A DNA stretch of 63,999 bases, the filler included, from Dimargaris cristalligena (Eukaryota), in assembly GCA_003614675.1 (NCBI GenBank). It is 8 parts of 8 records of this genome, joined end to end, with 100 filler letters (N's around TTAATTAATTAA, not from the genome) between each part and the next. Parts side by side here need not be neighbours in the genome. Positions count along the whole stretch, not along the records: positions 1 to 8,099 come from ML003358.1; positions 8,200 to 16,293 come from ML003359.1; 6 more parts are not named here. The stretch is one strand, 5' to 3'. Positions 1 to 10,594 of this stretch are shown here, piece by piece (position 1 is the first letter of the stretch; every line of letters begins with the position of its first letter). Below the pieces are notes generated by a model. That model was given only the letters and a program-made list of their open reading frames with translations, made no database searches and was not told where the DNA came from. The position numbers were made by a program, and so were the translations under genes.

Positions 1-3000
1 TCCTCCCTCTGCCGAGACCGTGGTCTACATATTTCAATCGCCCAGGTGTTCAAGTGTAGTAATATCATTGAGCTGGCCGAGTGTGCCTCAGATCAGACCA
101 ACCTTGGTGATACACTAGAAACCCACGTCCCTACCCACTACGAGCCCTATAGCTTACTTGGTGAAGTGGGCGCTCCTTCCCTCGATATGGATTCCCTCCT
201 GCAAGAGGTCTCTTCCCAGCTTAAATTGGGCATGGATGAAATCACTGATATTCTGCCGGTTTCTCGACTTCAGTTGGGGTTCCTCGTCAGTACCCTGAAA
301 GACCCAAGCTCGTATATGGTGCAGGAGTCTTTTGCCATTTCCGGGGACTTGGACTTAGGTCGCCTTCAGAAGGCCTGGCATCAGTTGTCTGAACAACATG
401 ATATCCTGCGGACCAAGTTCTTCCAGCCTGGGTCTCTGCCTAACCACTCTTTCCTTCAGGTTATCACTAAGCGGTGTGATATCGAGTGGTCAATTCATAC
501 TGATGTAGCTGACGACTGGTCTTCCATGGAAAACACTTACTTTGCAACCGACCGTCAACGTGGTTTTACTTTTGAGGGGCCGTTAATACGGATGGCCCTC
601 TTTACCTCGCCATCTACCAACCCCTCCCGGCACCTTTGTTTCTTTACCTTCCACCACGCCCTACTCGATGCCTGGTCCCAGAATATCGTTTTGGCCCAAC
701 TAGTTGACCTATACCACGGCACTGAGCCTGCTCCCACCACCCAGTTTAGTAGCTATATTTCTTATCTTCAAAACACCGACCAATCCCAGCTCCAAGCGTT
801 TTGGCAGGCAGCCCTGGCGAATGCCCAACCTACCCCACCGATTCACTTTCCTGTTTACGCTCCAGGATCCCCAGTATGCAAATATGGCACATACAACTAT
901 ACACTATCATCAAATCTGGCCAGCCTGCACGCATTCTGCCGCCAGCAAGGCATTACGCTCAATTCCCTCCTGCGGGGTGTGTGGGCCCTCACTCTATCCC
1001 GCTACCTGGGCGAGTCTAACGACATTTCCTTTGGTGTGCTTACTTCCGGTCGAAATTCTCCCGTACCCGATGTCCAGAATATGGTGGGCATGTGTATCAA
1101 CACTTTACCATTCCGAGTGTTGCTGAACCTATCGACCACTGTTACTAACTTAGTTCAGTGTATACACCGCCAATCCGGTGAACTGACAGTGTCTGAGCAG
1201 TGCGGTCTTTTAGACATCTACAAATGGGGCCAAATCAGCCCTGAAACCAAGCTCTTCAATTCCCTGGTGGCCTACGATAACTTCCCACCTTCCGCATCCA
1301 GCACTCCTAACCCTGATATCATCTTTGAACTTCATGGTGGGCAAAACTTCACTGAATACGCCTACACTGTTAGTTTTTTGGATAATGGTGATAATCTAGA
1401 CTGTCATATCGTTTTTGATGAGACCCACTGTGATGACATTTATGCCTGTTACTTGGTTCAATTTATTGACCATTGTTTGTCCATGATGGTAAATAATCCA
1501 TCGTCGTCCATAAACAAGATCATGACTCTGCCAACTGGTGAGGCTCAGCGCATTAAGCAATGGGCCCAGGGACCCCTATGTGAGTTCCCTCAGGGACGTT
1601 GGCTGGCCCACCAGCTATTTACTCAGCACGTTGCTAACCAGCCTGGCGCAATTGCCCTTGAGACTACCAACGAACGGTTCACCTACGCCGAAGTTTACCA
1701 TAGATCATGTTGCATCGCTCTGGCACTCCAGCAGGGTGGGTTCAAGCCTGGTAATTTAGCTGCCTTGCTTTTCGTCAAAACAGCAGGGTTTATTTTCAGT
1801 TATCTGGGGGTACTTCTTGCTGGTGGCGTGGTTATCCCAATGGATGCAGCCAATGCCATTGACCGACTGGACTATACATTCAACTTATTAGAGGAGCCTT
1901 GGCTGCTTACTAATTGTTCTCATTCAAATATGTTAAAAGACAGTATCCAATTTAAGGGGGATCGCCTACTCCTTGTGGACACCATCGACTATAGTTGCAT
2001 AGCCACTCACCAATTCCAACCCGACACCACTCGCTCTTCCTCAGATTTAGTCTACATTGTGTTCACCTCAGGAACCACTGGTCGGCCCAAGGGCATACCC
2101 GTGCGACACGAGTCCTTGGTTAATTTCGTCCTAACTAGTTGTGAGACCACTCAAATTAACTCGGATAGCCGCATTCTACAAACCGTAAACATTTCTTTCG
2201 ACGGGTGCCTGTTGGAAATATTTGGCGCCTTCCATTGCGGTGGCACGCTGGTACTCCAGGATGGTGATATTCTTGATACCTTGACCCGCGTCAATACCTG
2301 TCTACTTATATCTTCCATGTTATCGGCTATTGATCCAACGGCCTACCCGAATTTAACAACTGTCTTCACAGGTGGGGAGGCTGTACCGGTCCATGCGGCT
2401 CACCAGTGGTGTAAGCATGTCCGCCTATTCAACTTTTACGGCCCAGTTGAAATCACCATCACGTCCCACATCCATCAAATCAAAGTGAATTCGCTCGTTT
2501 CCATTGGCAACCCTCTAGCTAACATCCAGGGTCATATTCTCGACGACCAACTTCAACCCGTTCCCGTAGGTGTCCCTGGTGAGCTCTGTATCGGCGGCAT
2601 CGGAGTTAGTACTGGGTACTGGAAACAACCTGAACTCACTGTTAAATCATTTATTACCAATCCATTGGGTCCTGGTCTACTATATCGAACCGGTGATCTT
2701 GTCTGTTGGCTTGCTAGTGGCAAGGTTCAGTTCATCTCACGCAAGGACTTCCAGGTCAAACTGCGTGGTTACCGTATCGAACTGGGCGAAATCGAAAACA
2801 CCGCCTCATCAGTGGAGGGTATTACTAACGCCGTCGCGTCTGTCAGCCAACAGCAACTCGTTCTCTACATAGCACCCAACTCGGTTGATACAGTGGCCCT
2901 CAGGATTCACCTTGCTACCAAACTCCCGCCATACATGGTGCCCAACTTTATCGTCCCATTGGACTTTATCCCCATGACCTCTGTGGGCAAGGCTGACCGT

Positions 3001-6000
3001 AAGACCCTTCAGGTCCGACCGCTACCGGTGGACACCACAGACGAAGCCATTGCTACGGACTCCTTATCCCCAACCTTCCTACTTATCCGAGAGGCCCTGG
3101 CTGATACACTCAAGATTGGCGCTCAGCGAATCACACCGCCAGCCTCGTTCCTACAACTAGGTGGCGACTCCATCTCCGCCATTCAGTTTTCCAATCGCTG
3201 TAAACGACTGGGCCTTCGGATTTCGGTAGCGGATATTCTCAAACACACCCAGCTATTGGTTATGGAACAATATGCGCATTTGATTGATTCAGAAGAGCTT
3301 GCGCCAATTCTTTACCAGGATCCGACCGGACCGGTTTCACTGACAGCTGTACAGCGCTATGCCCTAGAGGAATACCGGTTCATCAACCAGTTCAACCAGT
3401 CCATGCTTTTAAAATGCCGCCAGACACTTACCCGTACCGGTCTTATTCAAGCGCTGACTACCTTAATGACTCACCACGATATCCTTCGAATGCGACTTGA
3501 ACTCGTACACGGTCAATGGCAGCAGCGGGTGCTACCCATACCCACTGACTCGGCCTCTTGGCTACGCCAATTCTTTTATATTGAACAGGCCACGCTTACT
3601 CTAGACGAATACCCCGCCTGGGTCAGCCAAATCCAGCGATCTATCTCGATTGAACACGGTCCAGCAGTGATTTGTGGTTTGTTGACTCTGGACGGGGAAC
3701 AACATATTTACCTGACTATTCATCATTTTATGGTAGACTTTGTCTCCTGGCGGATTATCCTCGAAGACCTGGAAGCCCTACTCGCAAACCAGACCTTGCC
3801 CGCCAAGACAATACCGTTCCGCGAGTGGGCCACTCAGGTCCACGCCTATGCACAGACTCTGCCTGACTCCATCTGGCCAGTACCACCCACTCCAGTGGAT
3901 CCTATTCCACTGGACTATCCACTGCTTAGTGGGAGTGGCCAGCCCGTCCCCCCTACGGTGACATACCACACATTCGACGTTCAGCGGACACCACTAGGCC
4001 TCACCCTGTCCAACGCCCTGTACACTGAAGTTGCCCCCGCCGTTGGAGTCTCTCCACAGGAATTTATGATCGCTTCGCTCCTTCTCTCTCTACAGAAAAC
4101 TCTTGGAATCTCTGTGATTGGGCTGGAACTGGAGGGACACGGTCGCCGGCCCTGGGACTCTAGCATCGACATCAGTCGTACAGTTGGCTGGTTTACCTCC
4201 ATCTATCCGGCTGTTTTTGATCTGAACCAAGCGCAGACCTGCTTGACTAGCAGCAATACGTTGTGTGCCCTGGCCCTTGCCAAACAGCGAATGCGCTCGA
4301 TCCCCGACCACGGCTTCCCATATAGTCTGCAGCGCTACCTCAAGGGCACATCGCCACTGGCAGCTCCATTGACTGATAGGGCTACCCCAAAGACAGTGGA
4401 CACACCATCGGCTGATTGGAACCGGGTTGTATTCAATTACTCGGGGCGGTCCGAACAATTAGAGGGCCAGGACGCGTTTTGGTGCACCCGCCACATTGAA
4501 ATGGGCTGGACTGACGATTTGAATAGGGATGAACTATTTAATCGGGCACTCAGTGTGGCCTGCGACTATAATGCTGACAATGGCCTCGTGTTTAGTGTGA
4601 TGTACTCTAGTGAACTACACCACTCTGGTACCATTCAACGAGTAGTCAACCAGTGGCGTAGTTCACTCGAGTGTCTTATGAAAGAGTGTCAGTCCATTCC
4701 TGCACCTTTGATTGTGACAGCTAGTGACTTTTCCTCCGCCACGCTAACTGAGTCAGATTTTTCCAAGTTGGTCCGAGATGACCTGCCCGTACTGGATTTG
4801 ACATTGGCCGATATCGATGATATTTACCCCTGTTTGCCCGTTCAGGAAGGGCTACTGTTTGCCACTCTCCAGGATCCCGCTGCCTATATGGTCCAGATGG
4901 GATTCAACATTACCGGCCCTCTTAATATTGGCCAGTTCCAAAAGGCATGGGAGCAGACCGCTCATGATCACCCTATCCTTCGTACGCGTCTCTTAACTGC
5001 CGGCGGGTGTCGTGCCGATAAAAACCTACAGATTGTGGCCAAGAATTTTGATGCCCATTGGGCCATCGGGAGTTGGGAGAATGACCCCGTCGGCACTGTG
5101 CGCGACCAGTTTTTCCAACAAGAACGGGCCACTGGATTTACTCCCGACCGGCCATGGATCCGGTTTGGCCTTTTCCAGATGGCCTCCGAATCATTCAAAT
5201 TCCTGGTTTCAGTCCACCATGCCTTAGCCGATGGTTGGTCTATTGGACTGTTATTTCAAGATGTTTGTGGTAACTATCTCGGTGGGGCGCTGCCTAAAGC
5301 GGTACCGTACCGTGATTTCGTACACTATATTCTGGACCAAGATCTAAGCGAGGCCGAGCTATTCTGGACCCAGGAGTTTTCTGGGGTTGTGGAGCCAAGC
5401 TTGTTAGTACAGGCACACCACCATCACTCGGTCCATGACCTGAAACCTAGTGATGCCGAGTTTTATGGGATAGTCGAGCGATCTGGGCAGCTCCTCCAGC
5501 AGATCAATAGTCTCATTAGCGACCACGGGGTTACACTTTCAACGCTGTTACGCGTAGCAATGGCGGCGGTACTTCACCACCATACAGGGTCAACCGACCC
5601 AGTCTTTGGCGTGGTGGTCTCGGGTCGGAATGTCCCCGTGGAAGGGGTCGAGAACATTATTGGAGCATGCATCAATACTATCCCCTGTCGAGTGGCACTT
5701 GGCGGAAACCCTTCGGTCCGGGATACTCTTCGGGCTGTATACGCAACAAGCACCCAGGCCCACGGTTTTGAGCACTGCCGACTGACCGATATCCATCGCT
5801 GGAGCGGCCTTGGTCAAGAGCGTCCACTATTCAACACTCTGTTGGTACTGGAGAACTACCCCGAAGCACCCGATAATCCAGAACTACCATTCAAATTAGA
5901 ACTTGACAGTTACTGGGATCCCACTGACTTCCCATTAGCAGCCATTGCCCATACTCAAGGAGACCAGCTTCAGTTTCGAGTTACTTATCGGGCATCGGAC

Positions 6001-7908
6001 TTTAGCCCAGAGTTCATAAACTCGTTTGCCGACCACTACGTGACCATTCTGGAAGCATTGCTTACAGCAGATACCAGTAGTCCTCTTACCGATATCCCTA
6101 TTCTTACCTCGCCTGAACGTGCACGGCTACTAGAAAGCTGGGCCACAAACCCACGCGATACCCCCCGCGTCCTGGCCCACGATCTATTCAAATTACAATG
6201 CGAGAGCATGCCCCACTTCACGGCCCTCACTTACAATGGGCAAAGGTATACCTATGCCCAACTTGATATGGCTGCTAATCGACTAGCTCATTCCATAGCC
6301 CAACGGGTATCCTGTGGGTCCGACCTGATAGTGGCCCTAGTGGCCGATAATTGCCCTGAACTTATTATAGGGCAACTGGCTATTTGGAAGACCGGCTGTG
6401 CGTTTGTGGTTCTGGCCCCTGACTATCCCCTCGAGCGACACCGGTTAATCCTGGAAGACACGGATGCGATTGCCATTCTGAGCAAGCCACCCTGCCTCTC
6501 GGCTCTTGACAGCCTAAGACTGGACATACCCACAATACCAATCGACAATGCTGATCTTTTTGCCAATGGCCCAACTAGTGTTTACCCGTCACCAACCATC
6601 GATCCTTCACACTTGGCCTCAATCATCTACACATCAGGTTCAACTGGTACCCCCAAGGGGGTCATGCACGAGCACCACGCTCTGGCCAACCACTGGCAGG
6701 GCATGGGCAGCATTACGAATATGGCTTCTGGCTCAATCACCCCCACTCTCGTCACGCCTACCTTTGACGTGTCGATGTCCGAAATATGGACCACACTATC
6801 CTTTGGCGGTACCCTTCTGGTAAGCCAAGGAGAGTACGAAAGTGCCCTTGCCCAGGCCACTCGGGCCTGCTGCACTCCTTCGCTGCTCTCTAACTTTGAT
6901 CCGGCCAGTTTCCCCAATCTGCGCCAAGTCATTATCACTGGCGAGTCGGCTAGCCAAGGGATGGTAAATAAATGGGCTAACCGGGTTGAGCTCATCAACT
7001 GGTACGGTCCCACTGAGGTGGCCTGTGGGTCTCACTGGACTCGGCTCCAGGCCAACAGCGAGGTGATACCTATTGGTACTCCACTACCCAACGCCACTGG
7101 GATTATCCTTGACGCCTGCCTGCGCCCAGTTCCCATTGGTGTAGCAGGCCAACTCTACTTGGGCGGCCGCGGCGTGACCCGCGGTTATCTCAATCGCCCT
7201 GAACTTAACCAGGATAAATTTATTTTGAATCCGTTTACGGGTGAACGTATTTACCAGTCGGGTGACCTGGCCCGCTGGTTAACCAATGGTCAAATTGAGT
7301 GTCTCGGCCGGATTGATAACCAGGTCAAGTTGCGGGGGTTCCGCATTGAACTAGGGGAGACCGAGAGTGCTCTTGAACTTCACCCCGCCGTGGACCAGGC
7401 CTGCGTTGTTGTCCAGGATGAAGTCCATTTGGTTGGCTACGTCGTTCCCCTGTCTGGCCAGACAGCCGCAATTCTGGACTCTCTGCGATCTCGTCTCCCC
7501 CACTACATGGTGCCGTCTGCCTTGGTAGAGCTCGCCGAACTTCCCCTGACCCGAGTGGGTAAAGTTGACCGTAAGGCCCTGCCTAGACATAAATTTACAG
7601 CTTGTAATAGCAATGGCGAGATAACCCAGATTAGCCCGGTCGAAGCCCAACTTATTAGTTTAATTGCCGAAACCCTTCAGATTGATGCTAATGCCATCGC
7701 TCCATCAGCCACCTTTTTCCAACTCAGTGGCAACTCACTCTCGGCAATCCAACTAGTATCTTATTGTCACCGGCAAAACCTCGAATTGAGCCTTATGGAT
7801 ATCAACCGGACCAACACCATCGCCTGTCTTGCCAAGTTGGTCTCAACTTCACCCAAACCAGCCGATATATTGATTCCGGAGTTTGAGGATTTCTCGGATT
7901 CTGAATAA
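1..7908 (+). CDS. Multimodular NRPS, 5'-truncated: (T)-C-A-T-E-C-A-T
   Basis: Frame is open from base 1 (SSLCRDRGLHISIAQVF, end of a T domain). C motifs HHALLDAWS and HHALADGWS; A motifs FTSGTTGRPKG/YRTGD and YTSGSTGTPKG; T motifs LGGDSIS and LSGNSLS; E motifs HHFMVDFVSW, LEGHGR, RTVGWFTSIYP, FNYSG. No introns. Confidence 0.97.
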   Translation, partial: SSLCRDRGLHISIAQVFKCSNIIELAECASDQTNLGDTLETHVPTHYEPYSLLGEVGAPSLDMDSLLQEVSSQLKLGMDEITDILPVSRLQLGFLVSTLKDPSSYMVQESFAISGDLDLGRLQKAWHQLSEQHDILRTKFFQPGSLPNHSFLQVITKRCDIEWSIHTDVADDWSSMENTYFATDRQRGFTFEGPLIRMALFTSPSTNPSRHLCFFTFHHALLDAWSQNIVLAQLVDLYHGTEPAPTTQFSSYISYLQNTDQSQLQAFWQAALANAQPTPPIHFPVYAPGSPVCKYGTYNYTLSSNLASLHAFCRQQGITLNSLLRGVWALTLSRYLGESNDISFGVLTSGRNSPVPDVQNMVGMCINTLPFRVLLNLSTTVTNLVQCIHRQSGELTVSEQCGLLDIYKWGQISPETKLFNSLVAYDNFPPSASSTPNPDIIFELHGGQNFTEYAYTVSFLDNGDNLDCHIVFDETHCDDIYACYLVQFIDHCLSMMVNNPSSSINKIMTLPTGEAQRIKQWAQGPLCEFPQGRWLAHQLFTQHVANQPGAIALETTNERFTYAEVYHRSCCIALALQQGGFKPGNLAALLFVKTAGFIFSYLGVLLAGGVVIPMDAANAIDRLDYTFNLLEEPWLLTNCSHSNMLKDSIQFKGDRLLLVDTIDYSCIATHQFQPDTTRSSSDLVYIVFTSGTTGRPKGIPVRHESLVNFVLTSCETTQINSDSRILQTVNISFDGCLLEIFGAFHCGGTLVLQDGDILDTLTRVNTCLLISSMLSAIDPTAYPNLTTVFTGGEAVPVHAAHQWCKHVRLFNFYGPVEITITSHIHQIKVNSLVSIGNPLANIQGHILDDQLQPVPVGVPGELCIGGIGVSTGYWKQPELTVKSFITNPLGPGLLYRTGDLVCWLASGKVQFISRKDFQVKLRGYRIELGEIENTASSVEGITNAVASVSQQQLVLYIAPNSVDTVALRIHLATKLPPYMVPNFIVPLDFIPMTSVGKADRKTLQVRPLPVDTTDEAIATDSLSPTFLLIREALADTLKIGAQRITPPASFLQLGGDSISAIQFSNRCKRLGLRISVADILKHTQLLVMEQYAHLIDSEELAPILYQDPTGPVSLTAVQRYALEEYRFINQFNQSMLLKCRQTLTRTGLIQALTTLMTHHDILRMRLELVHGQWQQRVLPIPTDSASWLRQFFYIEQATLTLDEYPAWVSQIQRSISIEHGPAVICGLLTLDGEQHIYLTIHHFMVDFVSWRIILEDLEALLANQTLPAKTIPFREWATQVHAYAQTLPDSIWPVPPTPVDPIPLDYPLLSGSGQPVPPTVTYHTFDVQRTPLGLTLSNALYTEVAPAVGVSPQEFMIASLLLSLQKTLGISVIGLELEGHGRRPWDSSIDISRTVGWFTSIYPAVFDLNQAQTCLTSSNTLCALALAKQRMRSIPDHGFPYSLQRYLKGTSPLAAPLTDRATPKTVDTPSADWNRVVFNYSGRSEQLEGQDAFWCTRHIEMGWTDDLNRDELFNRALSVACDYNADNGLVFSVMYSSELHHSGTIQRVVNQWRSSLECLMKECQSIPAPLIVTASDFSSATLTESDFSKLVRDDLPVLDLTLADIDDIYPCLPVQEGLLFATLQDPAAYMVQMGFNITGPLNIGQFQKAWEQTAHDHPILRTRLLTAGGCRADKNLQIVAKNFDAHWAIGSWENDPVGTVRDQFFQQERATGFTPDRPWIRFGLFQMASESFKFLVSVHHALADGWSIGLLFQDVCGNYLGGALPKAVPYRDFVHYILDQDLSEAELFWTQEFSGVVEPSLLVQAHHHHSVHDLKPSDAEFYGIVERSGQLLQQINSLISDHGVTLSTLLRVAMAAVLHHHTGSTDPVFGVVVSGRNVPVEGVENIIGACINTIPCRVALGGNPSVRDTLRAVYATSTQAHGFEHCRLTDIHRWSGLGQERPLFNTLLVLENYPEAPDNPELPFKLELDSYWDPTDFPLAAIAHTQGDQLQFRVTYRASDFSPEFINSFADHYVTILEALLTADTSSPLTDIPILTSPERARLLESWATNPRDTPRVLAHDLFKLQCESMPHFTALTYNGQRYTYAQLDMAANRLAHSIAQRVSCGSDLIVALVADNCPELIIGQLAIWKTGCAFVVLAPDYPLERHRLILEDTDAIAILSKPPCLSALDSLRLDIPTIPIDNADLFANGPTSVYPSPTIDPSHLASIIYTSGSTGTPKGVMHEHHALANHWQGMGSITNMASGSITPTLVTPTFDVSMSEIWTTLSFGGTLLVSQGEYESALAQATRACCTPSLLSNFDPASFPNLRQVIITGESASQGMVNKWANRVELINWYGPTEVACGSHWTRLQANSEVIPIGTPLPNATGIILDACLRPVPIGVAGQLYLGGRGVTRGYLNRPELNQDKFILNPFTGERIYQSGDLARWLTNGQIECLGRIDNQVKLRGFRIELGETESALELHPAVDQACVVVQDEVHLVGYVVPLSGQTAAILDSLRSRLPHYMVPSALVELAELPLTRVGKVDRKALPRHKFTACNSNGEITQISPVEAQLISLIAETLQIDANAIAPSATFFQLSGNSLSAIQLVSYCHRQNLELSLMDINRTNTIACLAKLVSTSPKPADILIPEFEDFSDSE

Positions 7909-8099
7909 GGGATAGTGTATAGTATTGCATATTAGTTAAGGCACTACTGTAAGCCCAACAGTTTTTATTTTCGAAATAATAACTGATAGGTGAGCCATTA
8001 TCACAGTATCTATTGTTTGAGGGTTATTCACAGTTACATTAATAAAGCAATGTGATACTAATCATGCTAATAATACTATTTCAAATTGGGTTATAGGTG

Positions 8100-8199
8100 N
8101 NNNNNNNNNNNNNNNNNNNNNNNNNNNNNNNNNNNNNNNNNNNTTAATTAATTAANNNNNNNNNNNNNNNNNNNNNNNNNNNNNNNNNNNNNNNNNNNN
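8100..8199. other. Artificial contig linker
   Basis: N44-TTAATTAATTAA-N44 six-frame stop spacer. Confidence 0.99.
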
Positions 8200-8270
8200 G
8201 CGCAGATGGTTTAGTGGTATAATTACCGCCTGCCACGCGGTAGACCCGGGTTCGATTCCCGGTCTGCGCA
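8200..8270 (+). tRNA. tRNA-Gly(GCC)
   Basis: GCGCAGA/TCTGCGC acceptor stem, anticodon arm ACCGC-CTGCCAC-GCGGT, GGTTCGATTCC T-arm, T-run terminator immediately downstream. Confidence 0.96.
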
Positions 8271-9806
8271 TCTTTTTGAACCATATCCTTTGTGCCGTTC
8301 GGCTTGCAAGTGAGTTGGCACTTTTGGAGAACACGGTATAGTTTTGGGGCTTTGGATTTTCGTGTTCGGAAGGTGCTAGAGAATGCACAAACTATCGGAT
8401 TGAGTTTGAATGGCTTAGTTCCCATATGCCATCCCTCGGGGGCATGAGTAGCTCTTACAATTGAAAGGCCAGCCCCAACTAGTCTAAACATTATTTTGGG
8501 TATTTGACGAGTTTGGGGATACACTGTACCCTATAGGGATTGGAAGTTTTAATACAATCATCTTGGTTTGGGAGGGGAAAAAAGCGAATTTGATAGTCCC
8601 CCCCCACAGGCCTGGCTGTCGCATAGTAATATAGGGGAGTAAGGTCACAACGTTAGTGGACTGTCAGCCTTACAGTTGTTAAAGCCGGCTTAGCAATACA
8701 TCCGATGGACTGGTGACCTTGAAAGAGGTGTATTTGAATAAGTAATGGGGGGAAATAAGTGTTATTGGGGTTGTCGGGCCTTTGCATCAATTGGAGGGAG
8801 AGCGATTTACTAGTGATAAGTTTCTACTCCGATACATTGAATTTACTGAAATCGAAAGGTGAATTTATATGCGTGTTTATGGTTATTCTATTTCTCAGCC
8901 TTCTGTGCCAATGAAAAATAAAATTATTCGCATCGAGTGGCTTAATTATAAATTACCGCAAAGTGACGAGGGCTTTTTAATCCGGGGGCATGGCCAACCA
9001 AGCCAATGTCGAGGAGGAAAGGGGGTGGTGGCTTCATCCAGGGCTTCCCCTATAATAAGTGGTACCCTCATTGAAGTTCCTGTCCCAGATAATCTATCCG
9101 GTCCCTTACCCATGTCCCCGACCCATAAGGCGGGTCCCCTATCCAGCACAGGGCCCATGAACTCCGCCTGGTTTTGGAGATAATCAGGGCCAGATGAAAC
9201 TGGCCAATTAACCCCCAAAGAACCACCATGGTGTTTTGCCTCAGGTTGATATTGTTCAAACCCCGCCAGGAAAGTGGCCAGCCTCTCAATCTAGTGGGCT
9301 CGAGTGCATTGCTACTCGGCTTCTAGAACTCAGTGCCGCCCGTGAAGACAGTATGGTCAGCAAAAGAATTGTTACAAGCCGGCAACTGGAATCGATAGGT
9401 TCATGCCTTTTCAATATTCTTTAAGCAGTAACGCAAACCCATCTCCCGGTCGGGTCCCAGCTGCATAGACCTGGGCTTATTAACCAGCGAGACAGCTAGA
9501 GACAGCGATTGAAAAGAAAAAGGGAAAGGGAGGCCAGGGTAATAAGAAAGCTGCATACTGCTAATAGCTGATGAGCTGAGTGGGAAAGGCTTCTTTGGCC
9601 AACCCACCTCCTCCCATCTGCCTTTAAGCGGTGGGATCCAGTAGTCCTGGCACGACTTACCAGCACCCCCTCTTCTCTTTGTAATGCTTGTCATCTTTTA
9701 GTCGGCCTTTAGCTACCCATCTCCAGCTTTATTCGTTTCTTCTTTCCTCAATCATCATTGTCGCCCTTGACTCTCATCGGAATCCCCTCTACGGCACTTG
9801 CCCACA

Positions 9807-10594
9807 ATGCGCTCACTCGTTCTCCTCCCATTCCTGGCCGGCCTCACTGCTGTGTTTGTGACCCCAGCGCAGCCGCTTCACTTTTATCTCCATAATACTG
9901 AACGCAAATGCTTCCTCGAGGAGTTGCCGAAACATACCGTCGTGACTGGTGAGTGGCCGTGATGTTACAGTCTATCTGCCAATACTAACCTCTTCCTATA
10001 GCTCATTTCATTTAAAACGCTGCTCCAGAATCAAAGCTAACCCACCTGCATGTTTATGACTGACCGTTCGTTCCCCTTTCCCCAGGTCACTTCATCGCCA
10101 AGGAATGGATTGAGCAGGAGAAGCGGTTGATCGACAACCCCTCCATTGGTATCCAGGTCACGGCCATTGAGCTGCCTTCGAACCACGAAATTATGAATCA
10201 GAAGGCCGCCAATCAGGGCAGATTCACCTTCACGTCCGCCATTCAGGGCCAGCACTATGTCTGTTTGCAGGGCAACTCGAGCAACTGGTTTAATCCCCAG
10301 ACCATCCAGGTTGAATACGACATGACTTTCGGTAAGACCGACGCTGATGATAAGGCGGCCGTCAAGCTCGACTCGCTATCCGGCCGGGTGCGGGAGCTCA
10401 ACACTCGTACCAATGCCCTCCAATTGGAGCTGGAGCAGCAACGCGAGCGTGAGGCGGAGTTCCGCGACTTGAGCGAGACCGTCAACTCCCATGTGGTCTG
10501 GTACGTGGTGCTTCAACTGGTGGTGCTTTCGTTGACGTGTGTGTGGCAAGTGCGCTACCTCAAGGGCTTCTTCGAAAAGAAAAAGCTCGTGTGA
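9807..10594 (+). CDS. p24/emp24/gp25L cargo receptor (ERP1-like); exons 9807-9948, 10086-10594; 216 aa
   Basis: Signal peptide, GOLD motif KCFLEELP, coiled coil REREAEFRDLSE, TM helix, FFEKKKLV ER-retrieval tail; GTGAGT..CAG intron keeps frame. Confidence 0.93.

Noticed and set aside
46-48. GTG start of the NRPS
   Set aside because: Frame is open to base 1 within a T domain; the true start lies outside the window.
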